A DNA stretch of 63,943 nucleotides, filler included, from Squatina squatina (GCA_031763465.1; 4 parts of 4 records of this genome joined end to end with filler, not necessarily neighbours in it); one strand, 5' to 3'. Counted from the first letter of the whole stretch, positions 27,088 through 40,868 are shown. Notes: generated by a model not told the origin, from the letters alone. Numbers and translations are program-made.

Positions 27088-27705
27088 GGGGGCTGAAATT
27101 GGCCTCCTGTAACGTCTCATTAGCACCTCCGAGGGGCGCTAATGGGACGTTTTAAAAATGGCATCACGAGGCGGCCATCTCGCCTCCCTCGAAATTCAGC
27201 TGGGGCACAAAGGCTTTTGTGTCTGCCCAGCTGAATTTCGCGGCAGGTCGGCATGTGATGTCATCAAAATTTGCGCTGACCTGCAGCCACAACGCCCTCG
27301 GCACTCTGTTTGCGACCCGTGGGCGAAATTCACCCGCAGGAGTCAGCCGCAGCACAGGGCAGTTGCAGAGACAGGAAAACCTGAAACAGGGCCCTTAAAG
27401 GGGAAGGCGTCTGCGCCTCTGGCCGCCATCTTTATTTATTGGCTGACTTCATAGTCGGCCAATAAATGGCGGTCCCTCAGCCGGATCAGTCCACCATTGC
27501 CTTGCAGTCGGTGTGCCAGGTTGGTGGCCCGGTTGTCGGCATCCTTGGTGGCCCAGGGTAGCTTGTTCAGGATGACCAGCGGCCCTCCCCTTTAAGGGAG
27601 GCCTGGCTGTCCTGCTGACATCAGCGCGGCGGTGTTTCGGACGCTGATGACATGGCGCTGAAGCCACGCCACCGGCGTCCAAGCCCTGCTGCCCCAGGAG
27701 TGTTC
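27088..27705. mobile_element. GC-rich TIR element, same family as 19558-20299, truncated by gap
   Basis: Begins gggggctgaaatt; shares ttaaagggga..gccgccat.ttt and gcatcc.tggtggcc blocks. Confidence 0.72.
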
Positions 27706-28596
27706 NNNNNNNNNNNNNNNNNNNNNNNNNNNNNNNNNNNNNNNNNNNNNNNNNNNNNNNNNNNNNNNNNNNNNNNNNNNNNNNNNNNNNNNNNNNNNNN
27801 NNNNNTAGAGATGTAACAGATTTTAAGCAAGTGCAAAGGCAGGAAAGTGGGGGAGGGAAGGAAAGAACAAAAGGGAAGGTCAGTGTTGGGATGGAAGGCA
27901 GAAAAGATTAAATGACAAAAGGGATGATGATGCAAGGCAAAAGAGGGTGGTGATGGGACAAGTAAAGAAATTAAAGATGTGTCTGGAGAAGCTCTAAATG
28001 GCCACAGCAGAATTATTATCAGCACCTGTCTTCTGAAAAAATGGGAGTAGTGGTTATAATAATTCTTTATTCCCCTTGGTTTGTTACCCAGTTCAGATGC
28101 AGTACTGACAATAGATTATTGATCAGTATAACTAGGCCACAGAACACGCATGTGATCAGACCCAACAATATCTGTGATTAGAGCTGTTTTAGCAGGGGTT
28201 CCACATTGCTGCAGCTTGAATCATTTTTTTCTGTTTGATCCACAACACACTTGGGGAAGAAAATCTCTAGCAACACGTCGGGAGCATTAAAGCAGGTTTT
28301 TTAGCGCCGGCCCTGAACCTATCGCTCCCGNNNNNNNNNNNNNNNNNNNNNNNNNNNNNNNNNNNNNNNNNNNNNNNNNNNNNNNNNNNNNNNNNNNNNN
28401 NNNNNNNNNNNNNNNNNNNNNNNNNNNNNNTGCATAGATGTGTATCAAGATGCAGTATTCACAATAGAGACACAAAAAATAGAGTTTGCTGAGGAAAAGC
28501 TGCATTGTCAAAGTGGTTTAATCACACTAACACTGCAGCCTGAAAAAGACAGCTTGAGATTCCCTGCATGAGGAGGGAATGTTACTCTGCTTTGAA

Positions 28597-29325
28597 TCAT
28601 AGAATAGTGCAGTCTGCACCTGCTCTTTCAAAGAGCAATCCAGTTAGTCCCACTCCCCGGCTCTTTCCCAATATCCCTACAATATTTTCTTCTTCAAGTA
28701 TTTATCCAAATCCCTTTTGAAGGCTATTATTGAATCTGTTTCCACCACCCTATCGGGCAATGCATTCCAAATCCTAACCATTCATTGCATAAAAAAGTTA
28801 TTCCTCATGTCGCCTCTGGTTCTTTTGCCAATCACCTTAAATCTGTGCCCTTTGGTCCTCGATCCTTCAGCCATTGAAAACAGTTTCTCTTTATTTACTC
28901 TATCTAAATCCTTCATGATTTTATATACCTCTATTAAATCTCCTCTTGGCCTTCTGCACTCTAAGGAAGACAACCCCAGCTTCTCTAGTCTATCCACATA
29001 ACTGTGGACCATTCTAGTAAATCTGTTCGGTACCCTCTCCAAAGCCTTCATGCCCTTCTTAAAGTGTGGTGCCAGAATTGGACAGAATAATCCAGTTGGG
29101 ACCGAGCTAGTGATTCATGTAAATTTAGCATAGCTTTTGTATTCTATGCCTTTATTTATAAAGCCCAGCATCCCATATACTTTATTAACTGCTTTGTTAA
29201 CCTGTCCTGCCACCTTCAAAGATTTGTGCACTAGCACTCCCAGGTCTCTCTGTTGCACCCCCATTAAAGTTGTACCATTTAGTGTGTATGGTCTCGCATT
29301 CTCCCGAGCAAGATGTATCACCTCT
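28597..29325 (-). mobile_element. CR1 LINE 3' portion
   Basis: ALERVPNRFTRMV...RLEKLGLSSLECRRPRGDLIEVYKIMK and RDLGVLVHKSLKVAGQV. Confidence 0.92.
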
Positions 29326-29481
29326 TTGTAGGATGCTTACTGGGGAACAGTGGGATACATATAGGATATGCACATCTACATGATTCTGGGAGCACTGGGT
29401 TATGTACAAGGATAGTCACTGGGGGAAAAGTGGGCTATAGGAAGATAAGAAAGTCTGGAGCAAATTTGATCCATTAAGATA

Positions 29482-29639
29482 CACTAGGGACCCAGTATAA
29501 CGCGGTCCACAGGGTCCAGATAGCAGGACCGTGTTATAGCGGGTCATTTCAAAGTGCTACTTTAACGCAGGTCCAAGGCGGACCAGTGTTAAACCGAGTT
29601 CCATGCTATAGCGGGCCACGCTATAATGGGGTCCCAGTG
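29482..29639. mobile_element. Tc1/mariner-type MITE (158 bp)
   Basis: TIRs cactagggacccagtataacgcgg / ccacgctataatggggtcccagtg, flanked by TA on both sides; internal subrepeats. Confidence 0.75.
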
Positions 29640-29758
29640 TATAAATTTGTAGTCTTTAGCATTGAAACTACTGTTACACATTGTATGCAATAAAGAGTAG
29701 TTTTGTCTCAATAATGGTTTTATAGTGCTGTGGAGGAATAAACATACTTTTATTTCAG

Positions 29759-29827
29759 ATATTAAAGAAATTCAGAGATGAAGAAATGGAGCATCATGAC
29801 ACAGGATTAGCACATGATGCGGAAATG
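29759..29827 (+). CDS. COQ7: Coenzyme Q7 hydroxylase exon (di-iron ExxH motif); not in ORF track
   Basis: ttcag|...|gtaggc, 69 bp; ILKKFRDEEMEHHDTGLAHDAEM; TMC7-COQ7 synteny. Confidence 0.92.
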
Positions 29828-32028
29828 GTAGGCTGTTGGCTCACAGACATTTTCTGCTGTTTATTATATGGAAGAATAATGAATTTAAGCATATTTTTAA
29901 AACAACGTTCTTACACTTAATCTTGGGCTGTACGTTTTGTTATTTTGGTGGTTCCAGTGCGTCTGGTATCCGTGGTGGGTCCTGATCCCGCTGTACAGAA
30001 TGAACTTACCTTAATGGGGCCTATTAAGCCCACCCAGCGTGTTACCCAGCCCAATTAGATGGAGCAGGTCTGGTGACGTCACTCATGATCCGTTTTAAGC
30101 CCGGATCCTTAAAGGGACTGTGGCTGCTTTAAATTTTAAGTTCAATCTTACATATTGCGTGTTGAATCTCTGCTGTACAATAACATAAGTTATATATGAA
30201 TGACAAAGGAATATTTAAATTATCATTAAGTAATATGACTCCATCTACAAATACGATCAGGAACATAATTTAAAGAACATAATTTAAAAAGTACATTAAT
30301 TGGGAAGTTATTGGTGCTTCAGTCACAAATCGATANNNNNNNNNNNNNNNNNNNNNNNNNNNNNNNNNNNNNNNNNNNNNNNNNNNNNNNNNNNNNNNNN
30401 NNNNNNNNNNNNNNNNNNNNNNNNNNNNNNNNNNNAGGGAAAGTATTATCACAGTATAGATACTGATAGAAATAATCTGAAACTTGCACTTTTGAGTTGA
30501 TCATTTGAAACAACAAGCAAAAGATTTTCTCATTAGTTCTTGTTACATAACTTATTTTATATGTATGCATCTTTATATCCAGGATAAAGGAGAGATTAGT
30601 TATACACAGTTAATAAAAGCATACTATACCTATAAAAGATTCAGGCGAAGAATCTAGTTTTAGATCTATTGGTATAGTATTTGGTTGCTCCTAATTTAAT
30701 TTTGGATAATTTGATTATATCGATTTGGATTTATTACTTATTTCTCTACTGTTCTTTTAATCCATATTTGCAAGCTGACTCATATTCTTATTATATTTGA
30801 CTGCAAATGAAAGTTAAATGTACCATAAATCACAAAACATGTTTTACAAGGTATGTAAGCAATCATTCTTACAAAAAGCAAAATACACAGCTGTTCAATG
30901 AGTAACATTGTTCCAGGATGATATCAGACTATGGCTTTTGTCCAGCCCCTTGCTGCCAATGGTTTCAGTACGATGAACCAAGGAACAGTTGTACCATTGG
31001 CTTTAACTTTTAGTTCTACTGAAGATTTGAATGTACATACAGTGGAATTACAAAAAAAATCAGATGTTATTTTGTAAATGATAAGAGATCCAGGTAAGTG
31101 TTAGAAGCCTTATGAACTATATTCTGCCTAACTTATATTCAGTATACCAATAGGTGGTTGCTATCGCAAATAAATGCCATAGAAAGTGGTTAAGATGTCA
31201 AAATTAAACAGCATCCCATATGCTAAAATAAAAAGTTTGTGCATTATTAATGTTCATGCCATTAGATGTCGCAAGCACTTTATAAACATGATATCCTATC
31301 ATATTTATAAAATATATAGCTATGCACAGAACATCATTATTATCTCAACTTTTTGCAGGGGAGGGGAGAAGTTTTGTTCCTTTCGCTATTTATAAAGAAA
31401 AATATAAATTTATGTGTACAATTTACAATTTTGCCACAATAGGAAACTAAGGCTAAATGGACTTCTATTTCTAAACCCTAGTTCTAACAACGCTGACAAT
31501 AATAAATAAAGAATAATAATTTTTGCAACAGTCGTGTAAACTGGAGCTAAATATTTGCTTGGCTCTGGCTTAGTCCCATCCGTCTGAACTGGATTTGAAC
31601 CCACAGGTGAAACCATCCACTGTACAACCTAGGATCATTTTTAGACTGTTTGGTTTTAAATATTAAGGGGGTGCAATTGGCTAGCACCTCCGCAGAGGTG
31701 CTAAGCAAAAAGTTTAAGAGAGATTAGCGCCTCCAGTCGGAGGCGCAATAACGTTGTGAAATTGGCCACTTTTGTTCCGGGAGGCGAGATCGGGAGGTGC
31801 AAAGTGTCCACTTTAGGCTCTGAGAGACACCGCTGGCCCCGGGGGCGCTACGCAACCGTGACATTGCATGAGCCTTATATCGATTGATAAAGACGACCTC
31901 CGAAAGAAGAAAGGAATGCCGAGTGCAGNNNNNNNNNNNNNNNNNNNNNNNNNNNNNNNNNNNNNNNNNNNNNNNNNNNNNNNNNNNNNNNNNNNNNNNN
32001 NNNNNNNNNNNNNNNNNNNNNNNNNNNN

Positions 32029-32860
32029 CCAGTACTGGATGAGCAGAAAAGTTCTCCAATTAAATATTGGGAAGACCGACACCATTGTTTTTGGCCCCCG
32101 CCACAAACTCGGTTCCCTAGCCACTGACTCCATCCCTCTCCCTAACATCTGTCTGAGGCTGAACCACACTGTTCCTAACCTTGGTGTCATATTTGACCCT
32201 GAAATGAACTTCTGATCATATATCCGCAGCATAACTAAGGCCGCCTATTTCCACCTCTGTAACCTCACCTGTCCCTGCCCTTGCCTCGGCTCATCCCTGG
32301 CTGAAACCCTCATCCATGCCTTTGTTACCTCTAGACTTGACTATTTCCACTCGCTCCTGGCTGGCCTCCCGCATTCTACCCTACGTAAGCTTGAGATCAT
32401 CCAAAATTTGACTGCCCGTGTCCTAACTCGCACCAAGTCCTGTTCACCTATCACCCCTGTGCTGGCGGACCTACATTGGCTCCCGGTTAAGCAACGCCTC
32501 GATTTTAGAATTCTCATCCTTGTCTTCAAATCCCTCCATGACCTCGCCTCTCCCTATCTCTGTAATCTCCTCCAGCCCCCCAAGATATATGCGCTCCTCT
32601 AATTCTACCCTCTTGAGCAACCCTGATTATAATTGCTCAACCATTGGTGGCTGTGCCTTTGTTGCCTAGGCCCTAAGCTTTGGAATTCCCTGCCTAAACC
32701 TCTCTGCCACTCTACCTCTCTTTCCTCCTTTAAAATCAAGCTTTTGGCCCCAGTTTCTCCTTATGTGGCTCAGTGTCAATTTTTTTTGTCTCATAATACT
32801 CCTGTGAGGCCCCTTGGGACATTTTGCTACATTAGAGGTGATATATAAATATAAGTTGTT
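32029..32860 (+). mobile_element. L2 LINE 3' portion
   Basis: WMSRKVLQLNIGKT, NLGVIFD, LIHAFVTSRLDY, ITPVLADLHWLPVKQRLDF, KLWNSLP motifs. Confidence 0.92.
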
Positions 32861-33553
32861 TTTGTTGTTGCTCCATGTGTTTCAATGCCAAGTCTCTGGG
32901 TGAGATACATTTATAGTGAAGCTTCTGGAGGAGCAGGGCAATTCAGACAGCGAATTCCTGATTTCCGTGTTTAACTGAACATATGCGGTCGCCAGAATTG
33001 CTGTCCAATTTACACTTTAATAGCGGTGGCACTGAGAGCTTCGCCGTTATTTTTACTGTAAATTCCGGGCCATTACTTTTTTAGAAGCTCTGGATGATTG
33101 CTGATCTGTTATTGATGACTGCCATATTTTTGGTCCCCTTGTGCGAAGGTCAAAATCGTGAACTGTCCAATGATAAGTTAGTGCCCAACACCTTCTGGAA
33201 TTTGTCATGTTGTAATGGAAGTTGAAATCAGGCGCTGTGACTTTGCTTTCTAGTTATTGCCTTTAGAAAAGCAGAGTCTGTGGTTTTATAACCTACAAAT
33301 GCCTTGCAGTCTTTAGTGGTGAGAGTTTCCACTGATATATATATATATATACGTTGGTGTCCTTTTGTCTAAGAGTGAAGATAAAGCACTGGACTGTGCA
33401 CGCTCATCAAATAACTGACATTAGCCTTTGACTCTTACATTGCAAAGGTTATGAGCTAACTGGCTTTGATTGTAGGCCATAAAGAGTTAATAAACAATTA
33501 TCCTGTTTAGCTTTTAACAGCAATGTTTTTTGTGATATGGAATGAAGTACAGT

Positions 33554-33653
33554 NNNNNNNNNNNNNNNNNNNNNNNNNNNNNNNNNNNNNNNNNNNNTTA
33601 ATTAATTAANNNNNNNNNNNNNNNNNNNNNNNNNNNNNNNNNNNNNNNNNNNN
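33554..33653. other. Artificial concatenation linker
   Basis: TTAATTAATTAA at 33598-33609 inside Ns. Confidence 0.95.
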
Positions 33654-33861
33654 CGTCTTGTAGAAGAAATTGGCCAGGTCGTCCTGTGTATTAAAACTGA
33701 CTACTGCTATTGGTACAGAGAGAAATCGATTTTTTTTTGAATGGAGCAGTCTACATCATAGACTGTTTCATTCTGTGCTAAATAAGTCAACCTTCAGAGG
33801 GAGCAAAGATGTAGGGGATGGAAGCTTCTTGATGTGAAATGTTTCCCTCTATTTTCTGCAG

Positions 33862-33916
33862 GTACAAGAAAAACATGAAGGCATTTTACTTTGTACATCC
33901 AACATTTCGGTCTAAG
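33862..33916 (+). CDS. GDAP2: GDAP2 CRAL-TRIO domain exon; not in ORF track
   Basis: ctgcag|...|gtatgg, 55 bp; YKKNMKAFYFVHPTFRSK; GDAP2 neighbours TENT5C in vertebrates. Confidence 0.85.
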
Positions 33917-34158
33917 GTATGGGTTTTTGTGTAATGGACTTGCCTGTGATACTATACTGGGAGGTGTGACAAATTAGAGAACACCTATGGTAGAATCCAA
34001 AATTAGGAAAACTGAAGTTACAAAATGAGCAGTAGCACAGTTTTATTTACTGCATTTGTTTTGCAAGACATCAATTTTAATATACAATGCACTGTCGACA
34101 AAAATCTCAAGCTATATTCTTATTTAGGCGTTGATAACTCTTAGACATTTCAAACTTA

Positions 34159-34560
34159 TGGGGGGTGAAATTTGGTATCTCCCCTTTTGGCCTCTCCGCG
34201 TAGCGCTGACGCGAGCACAGGGCCCTCCCCTTCCGCTAAAGGGGACGGCACGCTGTGAGCTCTGTAGTGAAGCGAGGGTTCTCTACTGGGCCACCGGGGA
34301 TGCGGGATGCCTTGGCCGCATCCCGGCACAGACGCGGAGTGCCGGGATGCACCGTCGCGGCATGGACCGCGTGAAATAGACAACGAAAGGCCAGACCGGT
34401 AGGCCGGTGGTGAAAAGGAAATGGCGCCGCGCATCTCCCCTTTACTTCTCGCCCCGCGAGCAGCGTTTGGCCCCTGCGGGGCTGGCGCTGACATCGCCCG
34501 CGATGGCGTCACGGGGGTGGTGCCCAATTTCTGCTGCAGGGCGAAAATGGGTCGCTGCGC
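34159..34560. mobile_element. GC-rich TIR-family repeat
   Basis: Starts gggggtgaaatt; carries the inverted counterpart of the 27540-27600 block. Confidence 0.62.
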
Positions 34561-35989
34561 ACGGCAATGCTGTCATCAACGCCGATGCCGCAGCCCGGAG
34601 CACCACCGGTGGGACCGAGTGCTGTCAGGTTTGCATCTCCACTCACTTGCGCAGACTTTTGCAGGAGCGCCCACCCACCCAGGTGAGAAATCACTTGAAC
34701 CTGNNNNNNNNNNGCAAGTTTTTCCCCCTGTGAGTTTTGAGATTGGGGGAGGAAGTAGCAAAGGAAGGTTCAAGCTGGAAAAAATATTACATTTGGGTTA
34801 ATTAAGGAGTTTGTTTGAATACAGGACACATTTACAGGGCTATAGAGAAAGAGCAAGGGGAGTGGGACTAGTTGGATAGCTCTACCAACAAGTCAGCACA
34901 GGTATGATGGGCCGAACAGCCTCCTTCTGTGCTGTATGATTCTATGATTCTACNNNNNNNNNNNNNNNNNNNNNNNNNNNNNNNNNNNNNNNNNNNNNNN
35001 NNNNNNNNNNNNNNNNNNNNNNNNNNNNNNNNNNNNNNNNNNNNNNNNNNNNNTAAAATTTATTTTGAAATGCTTGTGGTGTTTTTTGTATCTCTTATTC
35101 ATACTTCTACTGACCTCCGTGGAGATCAGCAGAGGTATGAATGGGAGATACCCCTACCTGATTAGTTGGGGCCTCCCACGTGATCCCACCAGTGTATGCG
35201 GACCACCTACATTCCTGTGGAGGCCCAGGAACAGAAGTTTTCGCAAACCCCCGACCACCAGGTACTTGCATAGAAATATTTCTGGTCGGAGGCCTTCGCA
35301 CGCAGGAAGCCTCCGACCGGAATTTTCGGGCCATCATAAATAGTGAATATTTGAAATCTGGATTTGAGACATTAATGAGCAAACGTGTGCGAGAAGCATA
35401 GAGAATGAGGGCAGACAAACAAAGAAAAGGAGAAAGAGGGAATTAGATGAGCAGAGAGAGAGTCACAGGAGAGCAATGCAAATTTTTTGTCTGAACACCA
35501 CCATGGAAGATCAACATAAAATTACAAATTATTGTGGTGGTCCTGACCAACTAGGAGGCATTATTTTGCAGTGTCACAAGCAGGTGTCAGATCACTGAGA
35601 TCTGATTTATAGAAATCATAGTATGTGATACAACATAGAAAAAAGCCATTTGGCCGATAAGGCTGCAGCAATGTCAAATATACCAGTTAATTCTAATTTT
35701 CCTTAAAGTTTATACAAAAACTGCTGTAACTATCATTTGCCGTCATAGAATAGGGCTTTCTGTATATATCTTTGAAGGGACAAAGTTGTTGACATGTATT
35801 GATTAGGACAGATTGCAGGAAGGATACTTGTTTATGTTTGGAAATAGGACAACTAAGTTAAAGGTGAATGGAAATATCAAACAGCTATTGTGAATAGAAC
35901 TATGTCTAAATTGCCAACCCCAGATAATGCATATTTACACTGCTTAATAATGGCACTAGTAGGGTGCCTGTTCCACAGAGTGAACTGAA

Positions 35990-36402
35990 TTGTGGAGCCT
36001 TACCTTGCTGCTCAGTTGGTGGAGCTGCTGCTGTATGCTTGCACTGACAGCAGAGGGGGTGTTGTTCCCAGCCTCAGGCCGTCAGGTTGGCTTTCAGCCC
36101 ACAGGGCTGACGAAACTGTCTCCATGGCGATAAGTTTACGTACGGATCACGGAGAGGATTGGAGCCGAGATCCCATTTATACAGACTGCTTCGGAGAGAC
36201 CGATCACATTTATAGTTGGACGAGAAGCGCACAGACTGAGAAAGATTCTCAAAGTTACTCAACAAGGACTTCACGTGGGACTGAATCCAGGACATTTTTT
36301 TAAAATTCTGAAACCAACATCATGCTTTATTTCACTTACGAAGCTTTGGCTGTGACTTTCTGAGCACCAATAAGTCTGGTCAGCATTGCACTATTTGCAG
36401 GG
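35990..36402 (+). other. Probable non-coding first exon / promoter region of TENT5C
   Basis: CpG-richer stretch ending in the donor gg|gtgagt at 36403, upstream of the TENT5C acceptor at 38355. Confidence 0.4.
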
Positions 36403-38379
36403 GTGAGTAACACCGCAGAGCTCGTTGCGTCTCCGTGTGTGTGCTGTCACATTTCATTGCAGGCAACGCCACATTAATACGCTGAATCAGCAAATACTAT
36501 TTTTATACATTGACAGATAAGGACACTAACACCTAATTTATGCATCCAGAGACTTGTATCTATATATAATGGATAAGCTTAAATAAGGTAAGGTTAATTA
36601 GCAACTTCCAGCAGAACTGCTAGCTATTACTTAGCGCTTTGGAAAGCATATGTAGCGTCGTGTATCTTGTTAGACAGCTCCTATTTCAACTTGACAGAAT
36701 GAATAGAAATTGTTCCTAGACTATGGATAAATATAATTATCTTATAAGTGCATAAGTCATGGCATTGGGAGGACGAAGAGCCGGTAAGACCGAGCTGTGA
36801 TTCAGTTGCAGTTCACTTTCAGTACAATACTAATAAATGTTGTGACCGGTAAAGATGAGCGGTACAGTATCCAGTGCGTCTGCTAAGGACTGTAATCCAA
36901 CTGAAATATTTATTTTTCTGCAAGACACGTTTATTAAGCCGAAATATGTAAAGCGGATACCAAGTTTTAAAACTTGACTTCCGTACGAAGTTGTTATAAA
37001 ATTATTTTGTGGAGATGTGAGTCAGCACGCTCTTAAAAAAACTAAGCAAAATACATAATATATTCTGTATATATCAGTTATTAGATGTTTTAATTGTAGG
37101 GTTACATACATTACCGGCATAAGAGCGAACGCTGCTGATTAATACTTGAACGCCACTTTTAAAGATTTATGATGTGCAAATTGATATCTGGTGAAAAGAA
37201 CACATCGTTCTGCAAAATGTTAACAACAAAGTGAAATTAAAGAACATGTCTGGGGTCCGTTCCTGATACCGCACCTTGGACTGCGAGCAAATCGAGTCCT
37301 CATTTAAACTAGTGCTTGGGTCTGGATGATATGAGAATGTAACATAAATCTTTCAAAGGAACCTGGAGTTACAGTTTGGTTCTTGTAAGAAGGTGCTAAG
37401 AGAACTTGGGCTTGTGTGTGTGCACGACTACTTACTTGACTCCTTAAGGACCGAAAGATTTTTCTTCAAAGATATATACAATATTAATCAAAGACTCGGT
37501 CTGAAAGTGGGGAACAGCAACTGTTCGGACCGACATACTGATACAGAGCTCATTGTGAATGATGCCTGTATTCGTGGAACAGTCACTCGCTGATTATAGT
37601 CTGCTTTCCACACCTGGCCCTTAAAACTACTTTCAAGCAAATAATTCGTGAAATCCACGTGCATATACGTCAAACAGTAAAAAAACGAGGAAAATTGAAA
37701 TTTNNNNNNNNNNNNNNNNNNNNNNNNNNNNNNNNNNNNNNNNNNNNNNNNNNNNNNNNNNNNNNNNNNNNNNNNNNNNNNNNNNNNNNNNNNNNNNNNN
37801 NNNGGAGGAGTACTGATTCATCAGCTGAGGGAGGGCGGTAGGTGGTAATCAACAGGACGTCTCCTTGCCTACGCTTGACCTGATGCCATGAGAATTTATA
37901 CAGAATAAGTTTACAACTTCACTGAGAATATCAAAGAGAGAAATCTTCAGCCCTGATCATCTCCCACCAATCCCGAGCAAGTATCCTCCATTATGAATCT
38001 ACCATTCATAGTTGGATTGTAAATCTGCATGTGTTGTGAAACGTCACCTGAGGGCCACCTGCACAAGACACTGCAAAAATAAAAAATGCTCTTGCATTAC
38101 AGCTTTCCCACCTGCCCCGTCTGAGTATGCAACCAATTTACAACGAAGTTGTAACTTCATTCTGATAGTTAGAACAAATACTCCAATATCCATTATCTTG
38201 ATTGCAGAACGTGACACACAAGAATTTTAAAATCTGTATTAGCGCACCTACTCTTCTAAAATAAACCAGGCTTCAACAGTATGAATCTTTCAAAAGAGAT
38301 GCCAATTTAGTAGTAAAAGTAGGTGCGATGTAATGTACATTTTTTTTCTTTCCAGCTGATTGAAGTCCAAAGACTCGAC

Positions 38380-39534
38380 ATGGCAGAAAGTAAAGCCACT
38401 AGTGTGCTGAGCTGGGATCAAGTGAGCAGTCTAAATGATGTCCTTACTGAGGTGGTCCTTATTCACGGCCGTGGAAATTTTCCAACATTAGAGGTCAGAC
38501 TGAAAGATGTGATTAAGACTGTAAGGACCAGGCTCTTTGAACGTGGAATTCTAGTACGGGATATCCGTCTGAATGGGTCAGCAGCCAGCCATGTCCTTGT
38601 AAAGGATAATGGCTTAAACTACAAAGATTTGGACTTAATTTTTGGGNNNNNNNNNNNNNNNNNNNNNNNNNNNNNNNNNNNNNNNNNNNNNNNNNNNNNN
38701 NNNNNNNNNNNNNNNNNNNNNNNNNNNNNNNNNNNNNNNNNNNNNNNNNNNNNNNNNNNNNNNNNNNNNNNNNNNNNNNNNNNNNNNNNNNNNNNNNNNN
38801 NNNNNNNNNNNNNNNNNNNNNNNNNNNNNNNNNNNNNNNNNNNNNNNNNNNNNNNNNNNNNNNNNNNNNNNNNNNNNNNNNNNNNNNNNNNNNNNNNNNN
38901 NNNNNNNNNNNNNNNNNNNNNNNNNNNNNNNNNNNNNNNNNNNNNNNNNNNNNNNNNNNNNNNNNNNNNNNNNNNNNNNNNNNNNNNNNNNNNNNNNNNN
39001 NNNNNNNNNNNNNNNNNNNNNNNNNNNNNNNNNNNNNNNNNNNNNNNNNNNNNNNNNNNNNNNNNNNNNNNNNNNNNNNNNNNNNNNNNNNNCAAGTACT
39101 GCAACCTGCTGGTCCGGGGCTTCAGGGCGGCCTCCGAGAGCGAGATGAAAGCCCTGCAGAGGTACATGTGCTCCAGGTTCTTCATTGACTTCTCCGACAT
39201 CGGCGAGCAGCAGCGGAAGCTGGAGTCCTACCTGCAGAACCACTTCATGGGGCTGGAGGACCGTAAGTACGACTACCTGATGACCCTGCAGAGGGTGGTG
39301 AACGAGAGCACCGTCTGCCTGATGGGACACGAGAGGCGACAGACCTTGAACCTCATCACCATGCTGGCCCTCCGTGTCCTGGCCGAGCAGAACATCATCC
39401 CCAATGTCACCAATGTCACTTGCTATTACCAGCCTGCTCCATATGTCAGTGATGCAAATTTTAGCAACTACTATGTAGCGCACAATGCCACCTCATACCA
39501 ACAATCGTATCCTACCTGGCTTCCCTGCAACTAA
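38380..39534 (+). CDS. TENT5C: Terminal nucleotidyltransferase 5C (FAM46C); single coding exon with an internal gap
   Basis: Acceptor ttccag at 38355, ATG at 38380; [34 protein letters not shown]...[16 protein letters not shown]; C-terminus YPTWLPCN*. Confidence 0.88.
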   Translation: MAESKATSVLSWDQVSSLNDVLTEVVLIHGRGNFPTLEVRLKDVIKTVRTRLFERGILVRDIRLNGSAASHVLVKDNGLNYKDLDLIFGXXXXXXXXXXXXXXXXXXXXXXXXXXXXXXXXXXXXXXXXXXXXXXXXXXXXXXXXXXXXXXXXXXXXXXXXXXXXXXXXXXXXXXXXXXXXXXXXXXXXXXXXXXXXXXXXXXXXXXXXXXXXXXXXXXXXXXXXXXXXXXXXXXXXXKYCNLLVRGFRAASESEMKALQRYMCSRFFIDFSDIGEQQRKLESYLQNHFMGLEDRKYDYLMTLQRVVNESTVCLMGHERRQTLNLITMLALRVLAEQNIIPNVTNVTCYYQPAPYVSDANFSNYYVAHNATSYQQSYPTWLPCN

Positions 39535-40440
39535 TAAGTAATGCTATGTTCACAGTTGACTAGTGTGCAAATTGACGTAGCTCAGCTCACCTTTAATGGC
39601 TTCTTCATTCACATTAGCTGAGAAGGGAGCACACCCTATGGCTGTTGTACAAGTTGCATGTATTAAACTGCAATCCGAATACAAGGATAATATGCACACA
39701 TTAATTTTTGCTATAGGGAAGATCCAAAAAAAGAAATGGCACTATGTTGGGTGGAGCACAAATTTAGGAAGGGAGACTCAACACCAGCAAGAGTCCTGAT
39801 AGTACACTGTGTCATTAGCGTTCTGGAAATGTAACTTTCACTTTCTATAAAGGCAATCCAAAATGGATATCTATCTTCCTTGCACTGTGTACTAGTAATT
39901 AATTTGTTAATTTTTAGAGCAAAAATGCAAATGAGCAGTTCACAATAGTTCAGCACTAAAGAGAAACAAACTGGTCTAATGGTGACAATTACCAAACTAG
40001 ATGTAGGCATTGCACAATGGTGAGCAGTGGTTCCTCAATAACCTTTTTTTTTGAATGCTAGACCACAAACCTAGAAATTTGTAGTTTATAGCTCACCTTT
40101 CAGGCAAATGTTAAGTGGTTCTTGTAGTGGCTCATGGGGAGGGTGGGTTGGAAGAGAAAAGAGAATTGGTGTGCTGGTGGTATAAAGCTGCAAAGCTCCA
40201 GTGCAAACCAAATTGTATAGACAGGCAGGTGATTATTTCGATTGGCTCATTATTTATATCTTACCAGGATGGGCCATTGGTATACTAAGGAATGAGTAAT
40301 GAAAATTTCAACTTCCTGAATAAATGATTAAATTACTTGACAATAATTGAAAAGTTTGAGGGTAAATAAAATGAAGAAAGTTCTTTGTTGCAAAAAAAAA
40401 CATTTGCTGAACTTTGCAGCTGCCGTAGTGCGAGACTAAT

Positions 40441-40868
40441 CTAGCGAGGTGTTTTCCAAGAAGTCAGCCTTACCCAGTAGCTTAGTATCTGTTTTGCGTT
40501 TCTTTCAAACTCTACGTTGAACTCGATCATGTTATGATTGCTATTGGGTAAATGTTCATGCACAGTTAGGCTGTTAACTATTAGGCTGTTAACTAAATCT
40601 GGCTCATTATTCATTACTAAATCTAATATGGCTTGCCCCCTTGTTGCCTTCAGCACATAGAAAACTATCCTGGAAGCATTCAAGAGATTCACTCCCTTTC
40701 TGACAGGTGCTTTTTTGCTTGTCCCAATCTCTATGGAAGTTAAAATCCCCCATGAAAACAATGCTGTCTTTACTACATGCTTGTCTAATTTCTGTATTTA
40801 TACAATCGAACACTTCAAAGCTGCTATACACAACTCCCACTACAGTCTTAAATCCTTTCCTATTTCTT
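40441..40868 (-). mobile_element. CR1 LINE endonuclease-region fragment
   Basis: MGDFNFHRDW and ATRGQAILDLVMNNEPDLV...SNHNMIEF motifs. Confidence 0.82.

Noticed and set aside
30917-31093. Exon-like segment with a strong donor (cag|gtaagt) after COQ7
   Set aside because: All three frames contain stops, and it does not match the COQ7 last exon
35992-36303. 103-aa ORF upstream of TENT5C
   Set aside because: GTG start, no recognisable domain; more likely 5' UTR or promoter
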